A DNA stretch of 64,000 bases, taken from contig JBNJDX010000004.1 in NCBI GenBank assembly GCA_051745285.1, forward strand, positions 1,651 through 65,650. Direction: 5' to 3'. Position numbers and translations under genes: made by a program. Below are positions 10,732 to 20,697 of this stretch, in pieces (the first letter of the stretch is position 1; every line of letters starts with the position of its first letter). The notes below the pieces were generated by a model, which was given only the letters and a program-made list of their open reading frames with translations, was not told where the DNA came from and searched no databases. Origin of the DNA: Spirochaetota bacterium (GTDB lineage: Bacteria; Spirochaetota; Spirochaetia; CAKZLE01).

Positions 10732-11223
10732 ATGAAAGGTCCGATTGAAAGAATTCTCGTCTATATTGATGGCACAGAGGAGTCTCTGACAGCATCCCAG
10801 TACGCCATACTGTTAAGTCGACGACTGGAGTGCAGCCTCTACGGTGCGTTTGTCATCAACACCCATGCTCTCAACGATCTGCTGAAAAGCCACATCTTTA
10901 TTGAATCTGAGCAGATGGAGTATCAGAGGGATCTTGAGGGGGATGCAGACAAGTACCTTCGCCACTTCGAGACGATAGCCCTTTCAAAAGGGGTGCATCC
11001 ACACGTGATAAAAAAAAGCGGGATTGTCAATGTCATACTCAAAGAGATTGTGAAGGCTCATGATATAGATCTGCTGGTTATCGGGGAACTCTCGAGAATC
11101 CGGAGCAGGCGGGATGAATTTCTCAATGAAACAGAACGTGCGATGCGCAGCGTCCCCTGCTCAGTACTCATGGTGAAGGATGAGGACAGAGTGTGGGATC
11201 TATTTGAAGAAGAAGATGTATAA
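10732..11223 (+). CDS. universal stress protein (Usp family)
   Basis: ILVYIDGTEES, DIDLLVIG, VPCSVLMVK. Confidence 0.85.
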   Translation: MKGPIERILVYIDGTEESLTASQYAILLSRRLECSLYGAFVINTHALNDLLKSHIFIESEQMEYQRDLEGDADKYLRHFETIALSKGVHPHVIKKSGIVNVILKEIVKAHDIDLLVIGELSRIRSRRDEFLNETERAMRSVPCSVLMVKDEDRVWDLFEEEDV

Positions 11224-11238
11224 AGGGAGGAACGTGTA

Positions 11239-11688
11239 ATGGCTCTCATAGATTTAATTAGCGAAGATGTAATCAAGGTACCACTGACCTCCTCGACCAA
11301 GGAAGGCATATTTGCTGAACTTATTGACCTGTTAAAGGCTGCCGGCAAGATCCAGGATCCACAGGCTACCTATCAGGCTGTAATTGAACGCGAAGATCTG
11401 ATGAGCACAGCATTGGAAGACGGGATTGCTGTTCCGCATGCAAAAACTAATGCTGTCGATCGCCTTACTATGGCTATTGGCATACTACCCCAGGGAGCTG
11501 ACTGCCAGTCTCTTGACGGTAAACCCTCATATGTCTTTTTTCTCATTCTCGCCCCGCCTGACCAGTCGGGACCGCACATCGAGGCCCTCAGCGAAATCGC
11601 AAGTGCGACCAAAAGCAGCGCTTTCAGGCGTCTGCTTATATCTGCAAACTCTCCCCATGAAGTCATGGAACTCTTCAGGGACGAGTAG
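11239..11688 (+). CDS. PTS EIIA component (Ntr/Fru family), stand-alone
   Basis: ERE..MSTALEDGIAVPHAK with the phospho-His; SLDGKP, HIEALSEI. Confidence 0.9.
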   Translation: MALIDLISEDVIKVPLTSSTKEGIFAELIDLLKAAGKIQDPQATYQAVIEREDLMSTALEDGIAVPHAKTNAVDRLTMAIGILPQGADCQSLDGKPSYVFFLILAPPDQSGPHIEALSEIASATKSSAFRRLLISANSPHEVMELFRDE

Positions 11689-11689
11689 C

Positions 11690-13090
11690 ATGAAACCATC
11701 TCGCGCCCTGTCAGTCTGGGCCTCTCTGGCGGTGGGACTGCTCCCTACGGCCGTGGTCCTATGGGTTCTCGGGGACAGCCGAAGTTTCCATCTGTTTAAG
11801 TGGAGCCCTCTCTACCGGTGGGTGTTTGTAGCGCTCACTGTACTGAGCCTGCTTATCGCTGCAGCCGTAGTCGTCACTACAGCTATCCAGCACCGGGAAC
11901 CGAAGCAGCAGAAGCTCTGTTTGGTTGGTAAGGCAATTGCCTTAATTCTGGCAGTAGCCATACCTGTCGGCTTCTATGTGTACCTAACCCCATACGCCGC
12001 CCCAGCGGATAAACAGCCGCTTCTCACTATTACTGACCAGACTGGAGACCAGGGTTTTCCTCTTCCGGCAGTGCTCTGGTTCACCGCAGAAGCTTCTACT
12101 GAAACAGTAGACTACGGTAGATCACCGGATAACCTGGTATACTCAGTCTCAGACTCGCAGCCTGTCCACTCCCATGTGTTCATGCTTGAAAAAGTTACCC
12201 CAGAGGACTCCTGGTACTGGCGTATCCGGGGAACAGATGAGGTGCATGCTTTTTCTTGGTCAGCCACTCCGGATCAGCTTCGTTTCGCTGTTTCCGGGGA
12301 CTCTCACGTGGGGGCCGGAACCAACAGCGAGCTAGCTCTTGAGCGGATTGTCGGGCATGTCAGCCGGGAGCCGGAAGACTACGATGTGCTCTTCCATCTT
12401 GGTGATGCTGTTGAAATGGGAAACAGCGACCAGGAGTACACCCGCTATCGGCAGCTTATCTATCCGGAATCGGGGAGCATCCCTATAGTCCATCTGATGG
12501 GAAACCACGACAGCTGGTTCGGAGGAGCACAGTATTGGAAACAGTTTTTTTCGCCTGACAGCCTACCGTCGACTAGCAGTCCCAGCCGGTTGTATCGACG
12601 ATATGATTTCGGTGACACGGTGCATGTGTTAGCCCTCAACCTTGAATGGGGTACCGAGAGCTACGGAGAAAAACAGCAGCAGTGGCTGGAGAGTCAGCTT
12701 GCAGCCATTGACCCTGATGATCTGATCATCATCATGAGTCATGCCTTCTATTTTGCCTCCAGCACTGAGTACGAGGGCGTGCCGTGGTATGACAATCAGG
12801 AGATGATCGACCAGTTTCATGAGCTCTACAACGAAAGCGGAGTCGATCTCGTCTTCAGCGGACATAACCATCAGATGGAACATATAATCGCCGACGACGT
12901 TGATTATATCATTATTGGAGCTATGGGAGGGAAGCCCGACAAAACTCCTACCTATATAACTTCAGGTTCCTCATTCTTAACGTATGACCACTTTGGGTTC
13001 GTCGACTTAGCAATTGACAGGCAGCAGTTTAGTTGTACATTCAGGAATGAGCAGGGAACTGCCCTTTACGAGTTCAAACGGCAGCTCTAA
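11690..13090 (+). CDS. membrane-anchored calcineurin-like metallophosphoesterase (purple acid phosphatase-like)
   Basis: Three N-terminal TM segments, then GDSH, LGD, GNHD, SH, SGHNH motifs; ATG at 11690 just after the EIIA stop. Confidence 0.85.
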   Translation: MKPSRALSVWASLAVGLLPTAVVLWVLGDSRSFHLFKWSPLYRWVFVALTVLSLLIAAAVVVTTAIQHREPKQQKLCLVGKAIALILAVAIPVGFYVYLTPYAAPADKQPLLTITDQTGDQGFPLPAVLWFTAEASTETVDYGRSPDNLVYSVSDSQPVHSHVFMLEKVTPEDSWYWRIRGTDEVHAFSWSATPDQLRFAVSGDSHVGAGTNSELALERIVGHVSREPEDYDVLFHLGDAVEMGNSDQEYTRYRQLIYPESGSIPIVHLMGNHDSWFGGAQYWKQFFSPDSLPSTSSPSRLYRRYDFGDTVHVLALNLEWGTESYGEKQQQWLESQLAAIDPDDLIIIMSHAFYFASSTEYEGVPWYDNQEMIDQFHELYNESGVDLVFSGHNHQMEHIIADDVDYIIIGAMGGKPDKTPTYITSGSSFLTYDHFGFVDLAIDRQQFSCTFRNEQGTALYEFKRQL

Positions 13091-13137
13091 GGCAAGGGCT
13101 CCGGTGACCCGTAGAGCAGCATAGGAAGCATATAGTC

Positions 13138-14532
13138 ATGAGTCACCCCAAAACTCAGCATAAGCCGGAAACCAGTTCACTCACCTCTGGCTCTGTTCCC
13201 CAACTTCTGCGTCGTATTGCAATTCCTGCAGCAGTGGGAACAATCTTCAACACGTTCTACAACCTCGTTGATACCTTCTGGGCAGGTCAATACAGCACCG
13301 AATCGCTAGCCGCACTCTCGTTAAACTTTCCTGTGTACCAGATAGCCCTTTCAGTGGGAATCGGGTTTACTACTGGGCTCGGGGCCCTTATCTCGAACAA
13401 CCTGGGAGCAAAAAACGAGGCTGAGGCGCAGATTATCTTGTTCCGCGGAATCTCGTTCGCTCTTCTGTTGCATGTTATCCTGGCGGGTATCCTCTTTGCA
13501 GGGCTTGAGCCGTTGTTTGCACTCTTCGAGGCCGAGGCAGACGTTATGCCGAGAGCCCTGGGGTATGGGCGGGTTATTGTGGGCGGCAGTGTGTTCATTA
13601 CCACCACTATGACGCTCAACGCCGCCCTGACAGCCCGGGGCAACACCAGGACATACCGGAATATACTGATTGCGGGGTTCTTTCTCAATCTCGCCCTTGA
13701 TCCGCTGCTGATGTTCGGGGTCTCTGTCGGCAGTGTTGTGCTCATCCCTGCGCTTGCAGAGACCGGCATAGCCCTGGCGACCATTGTCATCCAATTGCTA
13801 AGCACCCTTATCATCATCCGAAAAGAGTATAAGGATCACTTGTTCGCCGGCATACGGTGGCAGGACCTGCTTCCCGATCTGCCTAGATACCGGGAGATTG
13901 CCGGGCAGGTATTTCCCGCAATGTCCAACTTTCTCATTATGGCAACCGGTACGCTGGTGATCACCTTTTTTATTTCCCGCTATGGGACAGCGGTTGTGGC
14001 TGCCTACGGGTCAGCTGTCAGGATTGAGCAGATTGCACTGGTCCCCACTACCGGGCTGGCAACAGCACTTGCTGCACTTGTCGGCCAGAACAACGGCGCA
14101 GGACGCATAGACAGAGTATATGAAAGTTTCAAAACTGCGCTACGCTACGGGCTGTTTATTATGCTCTGTCTGCTTACTCCCGTCCTGGTATTTGGAAAAA
14201 GCATTCTTGAGCTGTTTACAACCAACTCAAACGTAGTTTCTATCGGGTATCAGTACCTTCTCATTCAGGGTATCACCTTTTACAGCTACATAATTCTGTT
14301 TCTTTCTAACTCTGTGCTTCAGGGGCTTAAACGCCCCATGATGGTTATGTGGATGGGGTTCTACCGCCAGCTCGCCGCCCCTGCGGTTGTTTTTTCACTC
14401 CTCTCATTCGCCCTTGATATGGAGGAGAAGGGCGTCTGGTGGGGGCTGGTGATTGTCAATTGGACAGCAGCACTGATCACCCTGATGTGGGCGAAAAAGA
14501 AACTTACCGAAAAAACACCCATTGGAGGATGA
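13138..14532 (+). CDS. MATE family efflux transporter
   Basis: NLVDTFWAG, NLALDPLLMFG, GQNNGAG; about 12 TM. Confidence 0.92.
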   Translation: MSHPKTQHKPETSSLTSGSVPQLLRRIAIPAAVGTIFNTFYNLVDTFWAGQYSTESLAALSLNFPVYQIALSVGIGFTTGLGALISNNLGAKNEAEAQIILFRGISFALLLHVILAGILFAGLEPLFALFEAEADVMPRALGYGRVIVGGSVFITTTMTLNAALTARGNTRTYRNILIAGFFLNLALDPLLMFGVSVGSVVLIPALAETGIALATIVIQLLSTLIIIRKEYKDHLFAGIRWQDLLPDLPRYREIAGQVFPAMSNFLIMATGTLVITFFISRYGTAVVAAYGSAVRIEQIALVPTTGLATALAALVGQNNGAGRIDRVYESFKTALRYGLFIMLCLLTPVLVFGKSILELFTTNSNVVSIGYQYLLIQGITFYSYIILFLSNSVLQGLKRPMMVMWMGFYRQLAAPAVVFSLLSFALDMEEKGVWWGLVIVNWTAALITLMWAKKKLTEKTPIGG

Positions 14533-14539
14533 AAACCGA

Positions 14540-14568
14540 TTGCAACCGGGCTGCCATCCGTCTATAAT
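14540..14568 (+). promoter_or_regulatory. sigma70 promoter immediately upstream of the start codon
   Basis: TTGCAA-17 nt-TATAAT, 8 nt before ATG 14577. Confidence 0.6.
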
Positions 14569-14576
14569 CACTCGGA

Positions 14577-15884
14577 ATGAATGAGTTGCACCACCGTATA
14601 ACACACAAACAGTTGTTTTTCCTCTGGTTCCCCCTGGCTGTCATGTGGATAGTCATGGCAGTAGAGCAGCCGCTGATAACCAGCGTGGTTGCCCGCTTGC
14701 AAAACCCTACCATTGAACTTGCCGCTTTTGGATACGCTTTTGCAATTGCCCTGCTCATCGAGGGACCGGTAGTGCAGATGCTCTCAGCCGGGACGGCTAT
14801 TTCCCATTCCTATACATCGTACCGCCGTATACTGGCTGTCATGCACAGTCTGGCAGTCATCTGCACAGGTGTCCATCTCCTGCTGGCAATTCCCGGAGTA
14901 TACCAATTTCTAGCCCTGCGTATTCTCGGTCTCCCCGAGCAGCTGGTAGAGCCCTCCTATCGCAGTTTTCTGGCGATGATTCCTTGGACAGCTGCCGTCG
15001 GCTACCGTCGTCTCTGGCAGGGGGTCATGATTCGATACGGAAAGGCCAAGCAGGTACCGATTGTCATGTACCTGAGGATTACGGCTGCCGTGATAGTACT
15101 CGGTATTGGGTTATGGCAGCGCACCATTCCGGGAGCAGTTCTGGGAGGCCTCACTCTGACTGTCGGCGTTTCCGTCGGCGCTGTGGCCGCCTGGGCTTTC
15201 ACCCGCCACATTGTAACATCGCAGATGCCTAAAGCTGACGAGAGCTCTGATGATCTTCCCCTCTCAGAGGTTATCCGTTTTTATATCCCACTGGGCCTGA
15301 CGTCATTGATCACACTCGGAATCCGACCCCTGCTAAACTATGGTATTTCCCGCGGTGCCTACCCGGTCGACTCTCTCGCTCTGTGGCCTGTTGTGCTTGC
15401 CTATACCTTTATCTATACCTCCATCTCCCAGTCTCTGCAGGAGATTATCATAGCCCAGTACAAGGAGCGCGGGGATCTGCAGTTCCTTCGTTCGTTTGTG
15501 CTAAAAGTAGTGGGGTCTCTGACGTTGTTCTACCTGGTAATCTACCTGACTCCCCTAAAAAATCTCTGGTTCATCACTATATCAGGTGTTCCCCGCCAGC
15601 TACTCTATCTGTTGCCGGTCACCTTGGGAGTACTGGTCATTCTCCCCGGAGCAGCTGCCATGGTGTCACTCTATCGAGGAATACTGGTATCAGAACGTCA
15701 GACCAAGGCAATTACCGCTGGTGTTTCGATCAATGCAGTCTCCCTGCTGTCTATGATTGTCATTGCCTCCGCTGTAACCGATATACCGGGTGTCTACATC
15801 GCAGCCGCGGCCTATAGCGCAGCCTTCGTGTTTGAAATTATCTACCTCATCTGGCGGACGGGACGACTCTTTGCAACTTCGTAA
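14577..15884 (+). CDS. ANKH-like / MOP-superfamily multi-pass membrane transporter
   Basis: PLAVMW...EQPLITSVVAR...ELAAFGYAFAIALLIEGP resembles the ANKH N-terminus; internal two-fold repeat (FYIPLGLTS...LNYGISR); about 12 TM. Confidence 0.65.
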   Translation: MNELHHRITHKQLFFLWFPLAVMWIVMAVEQPLITSVVARLQNPTIELAAFGYAFAIALLIEGPVVQMLSAGTAISHSYTSYRRILAVMHSLAVICTGVHLLLAIPGVYQFLALRILGLPEQLVEPSYRSFLAMIPWTAAVGYRRLWQGVMIRYGKAKQVPIVMYLRITAAVIVLGIGLWQRTIPGAVLGGLTLTVGVSVGAVAAWAFTRHIVTSQMPKADESSDDLPLSEVIRFYIPLGLTSLITLGIRPLLNYGISRGAYPVDSLALWPVVLAYTFIYTSISQSLQEIIIAQYKERGDLQFLRSFVLKVVGSLTLFYLVIYLTPLKNLWFITISGVPRQLLYLLPVTLGVLVILPGAAAMVSLYRGILVSERQTKAITAGVSINAVSLLSMIVIASAVTDIPGVYIAAAAYSAAFVFEIIYLIWRTGRLFATS

Positions 15885-15901
15885 CCGCTGTTAGAGTCTT
15901 C

Positions 15902-15943
15902 TTGACACCCTGGGATGACCGTGTAACTATTACCAGTGGTGAT
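15902..15943 (+). promoter_or_regulatory. promoter and probable TetR operator
   Basis: TTGACA at 15902, -10-like TAACTAT, then near-palindrome ATTACCA-G-TGGTGAT (15929-15943). Confidence 0.5.
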
Positions 15944-15977
15944 GTGTTCCATTCTATGACCAATGGGAGAGATAAAC

Positions 15978-16571
15978 ATGGCTGACACTGCCGATTCAGT
16001 GATGAGAGTGTCCTTCATTCGGGCTGTACTGGAGATGCTGCAGTCCGGGCACAGCCTTCGAGATTTAAACCTTCGGCAGGTAGCCAAACGGGTAGGATGT
16101 GCCCATACCAATGTCTATAACTATTTCTCTTCATATGAACAGTTGCTGTGGTATGCGCTTTGTGAGGCACTTCACCGTCTGATTGCTATGACTGGCGCGG
16201 TCTATCACGAACAGAGCAACAGCTACACTGTCAATCCGGAAAAAAACATTCTAGAGGTGTTTATCAAGTTTGCTTTTGCCCATCCGGCATGGTATCGTCT
16301 AATCTGGATGGAGCCGCTGGGAGGGACTCCCCCGCCTGAGGTGAAACAGCTGACCTATGTGCCTGCAGAGCTGCTTTTCCAGTGGCTTCGTACAGTTACT
16401 GACGAGCAGGTTACTGAGGAAGACCTCCGGTCTAACAGTTTCATACTAAACAGTTTTCTCCATGGAGAACTGGCCGTTATCACGGCGAAACGGGCAGAGG
16501 GAGAGCCTCGAGTACTGCTTGAGGAGCTTTTCAAACGGACCAACCGAGTTTTCTCGATCCTTTTTTCCTGA
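15978..16571 (+). CDS. TetR/AcrR family transcriptional regulator
   Basis: LNLRQVAKRVGCAHTNVYNYFSSYEQL HTH. Confidence 0.9.
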   Translation: MADTADSVMRVSFIRAVLEMLQSGHSLRDLNLRQVAKRVGCAHTNVYNYFSSYEQLLWYALCEALHRLIAMTGAVYHEQSNSYTVNPEKNILEVFIKFAFAHPAWYRLIWMEPLGGTPPPEVKQLTYVPAELLFQWLRTVTDEQVTEEDLRSNSFILNSFLHGELAVITAKRAEGEPRVLLEELFKRTNRVFSILFS

Positions 16572-16602
16572 CTTCGAAAGCAAAAGAGAAAGGTGAGTAT
16601 AC

Positions 16603-17481
16603 ATGAAACATGAAAGAACAATAACAGTACTTGCGATCCTGACTGCGGTTGCAGCACTGGTGGCCTCAATAACAGGCTTTACATCTTCCACCGGCGGGGA
16701 GAGCTTCATGCATGAATCCGTCCGGGGAGCAACCGTGGAGATCTTCGGGTCTGGCATCTACCGTCATATGAGCGCTGAGGTGGCTATCCAAGGCATTGCA
16801 CAAGACTACATCACTGCCTTTCTCGCAGTCCCGCTGCTTCTTGTGACCCTTCTCTGGAATCGTCGCGGATCGTTGCGCGCGCAGGTGGTACAGACAGGAG
16901 TTTTTGCCTATTTTTTTGTCACCTACATACTTTATCTGGCGATGGCGACATACAACAGCCTGTTTCTTGTCTATGTTGTCCTGCTTGGCCTTTCCTTCTT
17001 TGGGCTCTACCTTTCCTTGCAGCGTCTGTTTAGCGCCCGTTTGAGCAGTTTTTTTAAACCAACTGTTCCCAACCAGTTCGCCGGTACGTTTTTGATAATC
17101 AATGCCATGCTTATTGCGCTGTTGTGGCTCAGTGTCATTCTTCCTCCCCTGCTCGCAGGCCGGCTATACCCAGCCGAACTTGCTCACTACACCACAATGA
17201 TTGTCCAGGGCTTTGACCTCGGCCTGTTTCTCCCGATATCATTTGTCGTGGGGTCCCTGATGAAAAAGAGAACTGCTTCAGGTTTGATCTACGGCTCAGT
17301 CCATCTGGTATTCTTGAGCATCCTCATGACCGCTTTGAGTGCAAAAATCATCGCCATTGGACTAGCCGGAGGGGCGATTATGCCCGCTGTCATCGTAATT
17401 CCTGCAGTCCTTGTCGTGTCGCTCTATCTGGCAATTAAAACTCTGCTTGCCCTGCCTTCTCATCAGGAAGTCAGCACATAG
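16603..17481 (+). CDS. integral membrane protein of unknown function
   Basis: About 8 hydrophobic segments; downstream of the TetR gene. Confidence 0.75.
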   Translation: MKHERTITVLAILTAVAALVASITGFTSSTGGESFMHESVRGATVEIFGSGIYRHMSAEVAIQGIAQDYITAFLAVPLLLVTLLWNRRGSLRAQVVQTGVFAYFFVTYILYLAMATYNSLFLVYVVLLGLSFFGLYLSLQRLFSARLSSFFKPTVPNQFAGTFLIINAMLIALLWLSVILPPLLAGRLYPAELAHYTTMIVQGFDLGLFLPISFVVGSLMKKRTASGLIYGSVHLVFLSILMTALSAKIIAIGLAGGAIMPAVIVIPAVLVVSLYLAIKTLLALPSHQEVST

Positions 17482-17499
17482 CAGAACTGTTGGCACCTA

Positions 17500-18018
17500 T
17501 CACAGGCGATAGACAACATAGATATTTGCAACCATAATCCCAGAATTGTCGTACTGGTCCAGAGAGATACTGCTGAGAAACGGGATGAGCAAGCCCCCCT
17601 CCATGCCGATGCCCAACCTTCGATGTTTCCCAAGGTATAATTCGCCCCCTATACCTACATCGGCGGCCAGGGTCTTCTCGGCCGTATTTCTCAAGTCATT
17701 GTCCTCAGCAAAGTAAAGCCCTGTTAATCCAGCAAATGCATACACATCAGTCCGTTTGAAGCTCCTGATAGTCCTTCTCCCATCCACCCTGGCAACTGCC
17801 CAGAGGTAGAAGTAGTTTGCCTCAAACTGGAGCGCCCACTGGCCCCTGGCCAGAATAGCCTTTACAGCCACCGGAAGAGCTGGTGATATCGCCGAGACTC
17901 CTACCGACCACGATTTTTCCAATGGTTCTGAGTTAGGTTGCTGAGCAAACAAGGGTGTGGCAGCCGTAAGACATAGACAGACTGCCACGGCCGCTAGAAA
18001 TCTGCTTTTTCCTACCAT
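17500..18018 (-). CDS. exported protein, possible small outer-membrane beta-barrel
   Basis: Signal peptide, alternating beta-strand pattern, GGAGGGG SD. Confidence 0.6.
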   Translation of the reverse strand: MVGKSRFLAAVAVCLCLTAATPLFAQQPNSEPLEKSWSVGVSAISPALPVAVKAILARGQWALQFEANYFYLWAVARVDGRRTIRSFKRTDVYAFAGLTGLYFAEDNDLRNTAEKTLAADVGIGGELYLGKHRRLGIGMEGGLLIPFLSSISLDQYDNSGIMVANIYVVYRL

Positions 18019-18200
18019 ATTCCCCCCTCCTGCACCTCATGATTCAGACACCGGTTACACATTCCATCTATTGAAAGTGTATACCCTTCCCGACTGCTGC
18101 ACCAGCGCCAAAAGGGCGGAAGGTATCAACTTACCTCTGAGCAGAGGTTGGAAGCACCTCTCTGCCCGTGTTATACTGACCGCGTCAAGGAGGGACAGCC

Positions 18201-19145
18201 ATGAACAAACAGCGGATTATTTATGGAACGATGGGGTTGGGGGATCGTCAATCCCCGGCACAGTTGACCGGTGCCGAGATGGATTTGGGCAGAAAAGCCC
18301 TGGAGGCCGCACTTGCATCCGGTATAGACTTTTTTGATACCGCTGATATCTATCAAAACGGTAAATCGGAAGCTGTACTCGGGCAGTTTCTAAAAGAACA
18401 TCCCGGACTGCGAAAAGACCTCACCCTCCAATCAAAAGTTGGCATCCAGACAACCGGGACTGATTTCGGTGCCAGGTACAACTTCTCCTATGATCACATC
18501 ACCACCCAGATCAAAAAAATCCTGGAGCGACTTGGGACTGACTACCTTGATATTCTCCTGCTGCATCGTCCCGACCCTCTTCTCGAACGTGACGAGCTGT
18601 ACCGGGCTATCGATCAATTGTTCTCAGAACGGCTGATAAAAGCCCTTGGCGTATCAAATATGAACCGGGACCAGATAGAGTTGATCAGGCTGTATACCGG
18701 GCGCAGAGTGGTTGCAAATCAGCTGGAACTGAGTCTGCATAAACACCAGTTTGTCAGCAGCTTCGTAGGGTTTAATAACCCCGGCGGGGCTGGAACCGAT
18801 TTCCCCATTGGAACCCTGGAGTACTGCATGCTCAACGATATAACACTGCAAGCATGGAGTCCTCTGGCAAAAGGCCTCTACACTGGCAGACCCCTCACCG
18901 ACCCTGTTTCACCAGAAATTACTCACACCCAGGAAACGGTTGCCCGTATGGCCCGTGAGCTTCATGTAGCACCCGAGGCAGTGGTCCTGGCCTGGGTCAT
19001 GAGACATCCGGCCCGCATTGAACCGGTTATCGGCACAACAGACCCTCTGCGAATACGCAACTGTATGCAGGCACGTGAAGTGGAACTTAGCCGTGACCAA
19101 TGGTACGAGCTCCTTGTCAGTGCCCGTGGCGAGCGGATGCCGTAG
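18201..19145 (+). CDS. aldo/keto reductase (YdhF/YcsN-like)
   Basis: FFDTADIY, LLLHRPD, LGVSN, QAWSPLA, PVIGTT. Confidence 0.93.
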   Translation: MNKQRIIYGTMGLGDRQSPAQLTGAEMDLGRKALEAALASGIDFFDTADIYQNGKSEAVLGQFLKEHPGLRKDLTLQSKVGIQTTGTDFGARYNFSYDHITTQIKKILERLGTDYLDILLLHRPDPLLERDELYRAIDQLFSERLIKALGVSNMNRDQIELIRLYTGRRVVANQLELSLHKHQFVSSFVGFNNPGGAGTDFPIGTLEYCMLNDITLQAWSPLAKGLYTGRPLTDPVSPEITHTQETVARMARELHVAPEAVVLAWVMRHPARIEPVIGTTDPLRIRNCMQAREVELSRDQWYELLVSARGERMP

Positions 19146-19889
19146 CTAGAGGGAGTTAATCATCGCTCCCAGATATCCTGCACCAAATCCGTTATCGATG
19201 TTTACCACTGATATACCTGAGGAGCAGCTGTTGAGCATTGCCAAAAGAGCTGACAGTCCCTGATAGTTGGCCCCATAGCCCACGCTCGTGGGTACGGCTA
19301 TCACGGGGACGTCAACGAGACCGCCTACCACGCTTGCCAGAGCTCCCTCCATACCTGCCACAACAATCACAACTCGTGCACTGCGTATATCTTCAAGGCT
19401 TCGCAGGAGGCGGTGAATGCCTGCCACTCCCACATCTTGGAACTGCAAGACGGTATGTCCGTAGAACTTAGCCGTTTCAGCAGCTTCTTCAGCCACAAAC
19501 GCATCCGAAGTACCAGCGGAGACCACAGCTATGGTTCCCTTTCCTGCCGGTGGCTGCTCTCGCTGCTTTAGCATAAACAGACCAGAAGCCTCCCGGTATT
19601 CCCCCGAAGGGAACTTCGCTTCTATCTGTGTATACATCTCATGACTCATACGGGTCCCCAGAATGTTTTCTCCCTGCGGTATGAGAGCCTCAAAAATATC
19701 TAGTACCTGCTCGGTGCTCTTACCGGCACAGTAGACCACCTCACCCTGACCGGTTCTTCTGCGACGGTCGGCATCCAGCACGGAGTGACCAATATCGGTA
19801 AAAAACAGTCGCTCTATCTGTTTGGCAGCTTCAGTCTGCTCATATTCACCAGTACTTACCTTACGTAAAATCTCCTCAAGACGCTCCAT
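19146..19889 (-). CDS. larB: nickel pincer cofactor biosynthesis protein LarB
   Basis: AGTSD, DVGVAGIHRL, VAGMEGAL, PTSVGYG, NIDNGFGA. Confidence 0.95.
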   Translation of the reverse strand: MERLEEILRKVSTGEYEQTEAAKQIERLFFTDIGHSVLDADRRRRTGQGEVVYCAGKSTEQVLDIFEALIPQGENILGTRMSHEMYTQIEAKFPSGEYREASGLFMLKQREQPPAGKGTIAVVSAGTSDAFVAEEAAETAKFYGHTVLQFQDVGVAGIHRLLRSLEDIRSARVVIVVAGMEGALASVVGGLVDVPVIAVPTSVGYGANYQGLSALLAMLNSCSSGISVVNIDNGFGAGYLGAMINSL

Positions 19890-20697
19890 TTGACGTGTCC
19901 CCCTCATTCATACTGCCCTGCCGGTAGCCATCCAAATCCAAGGTAACTCGGGAAAATCCCAATTCCTTCAGTTTACCGGCAACCTCATCAGTTATATGTG
20001 ATCCCATAAACTGATCAATGTGCTCCTTCGGCAGTTCAATGCGCGCAATATTTTCGTACACTCGAACCCTGACAGCCGGAAAACCAAGTCTATGAAGAAC
20101 CAGTTCAGCAGCTTCAATCCTCCGAAGCAGACTGGCATCAAAGGTTCTGCCGTGCGGCAGACGCGTGAGAAGACAGGCATATGCTGGCTTATTTGCTGTG
20201 GTCTCCAGCCCCAGTTCACTGCATCCCTGTCTGATCAGGTTTTTAGTAAACCCACATGCCTTCAATGGACTTTTAACATCCAGTTCCCGCAGAGCCTGCA
20301 TCCCCGGCCGATAATCATGGGCATCATCTGAGTTTGTCCCGTCTGCAAGCAGATCAATGCCCTCTTGTGTGGCCCGCTCTGCCATCGCCGAAAAGAGTGA
20401 ATGCTTGCACAGGTAACACCGCCTTTCAGGGTTATTCTGTATTTCCTCAGGGACAGGTAAACTCATGATCAGATGCTCAACCCCTAAGAACGCAGTCATC
20501 TCTTTCGCCTCAGCTAGCTCCCACCGCGGAATATAATCAGTGAGCGCTGTGAGGGCGACTACCTCCGTGTCAGTATATTCTCTGATTGCCGCCAGGAGAA
20601 AGGTGCTGTCAACTCCCCCGGAGAAAGCCACCGCGCACCGCTTTACCGAGGCAAACCACTCTTTTAGCCGCCCTAGTGCCTCATCAAGCTCACTCAT
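19876..20697 (-). CDS. larE: ATP-dependent sulfur transferase LarE
   Basis: PP-loop AFSGGVDS, RCYLCK, DYRPG, ACLLTR, VRVR, TLDLDGYRQGSMN. Confidence 0.93.
   Translation of the reverse strand: MSELDEALGRLKEWFASVKRCAVAFSGGVDSTFLLAAIREYTDTEVVALTALTDYIPRWELAEAKEMTAFLGVEHLIMSLPVPEEIQNNPERRCYLCKHSLFSAMAERATQEGIDLLADGTNSDDAHDYRPGMQALRELDVKSPLKACGFTKNLIRQGCSELGLETTANKPAYACLLTRLPHGRTFDASLLRRIEAAELVLHRLGFPAVRVRVYENIARIELPKEHIDQFMGSHITDEVAGKLKELGFSRVTLDLDGYRQGSMNEGDTSNGAS

Noticed and set aside
11426-11689. Extended N-terminus of the metallophosphoesterase overlapping EIIA
   Set aside because: ATG at 11690 directly after the EIIA stop is the simpler start; similar over-extensions were trimmed for ntpB, the ABC ATPase, DeoR, the SDR and DUF212
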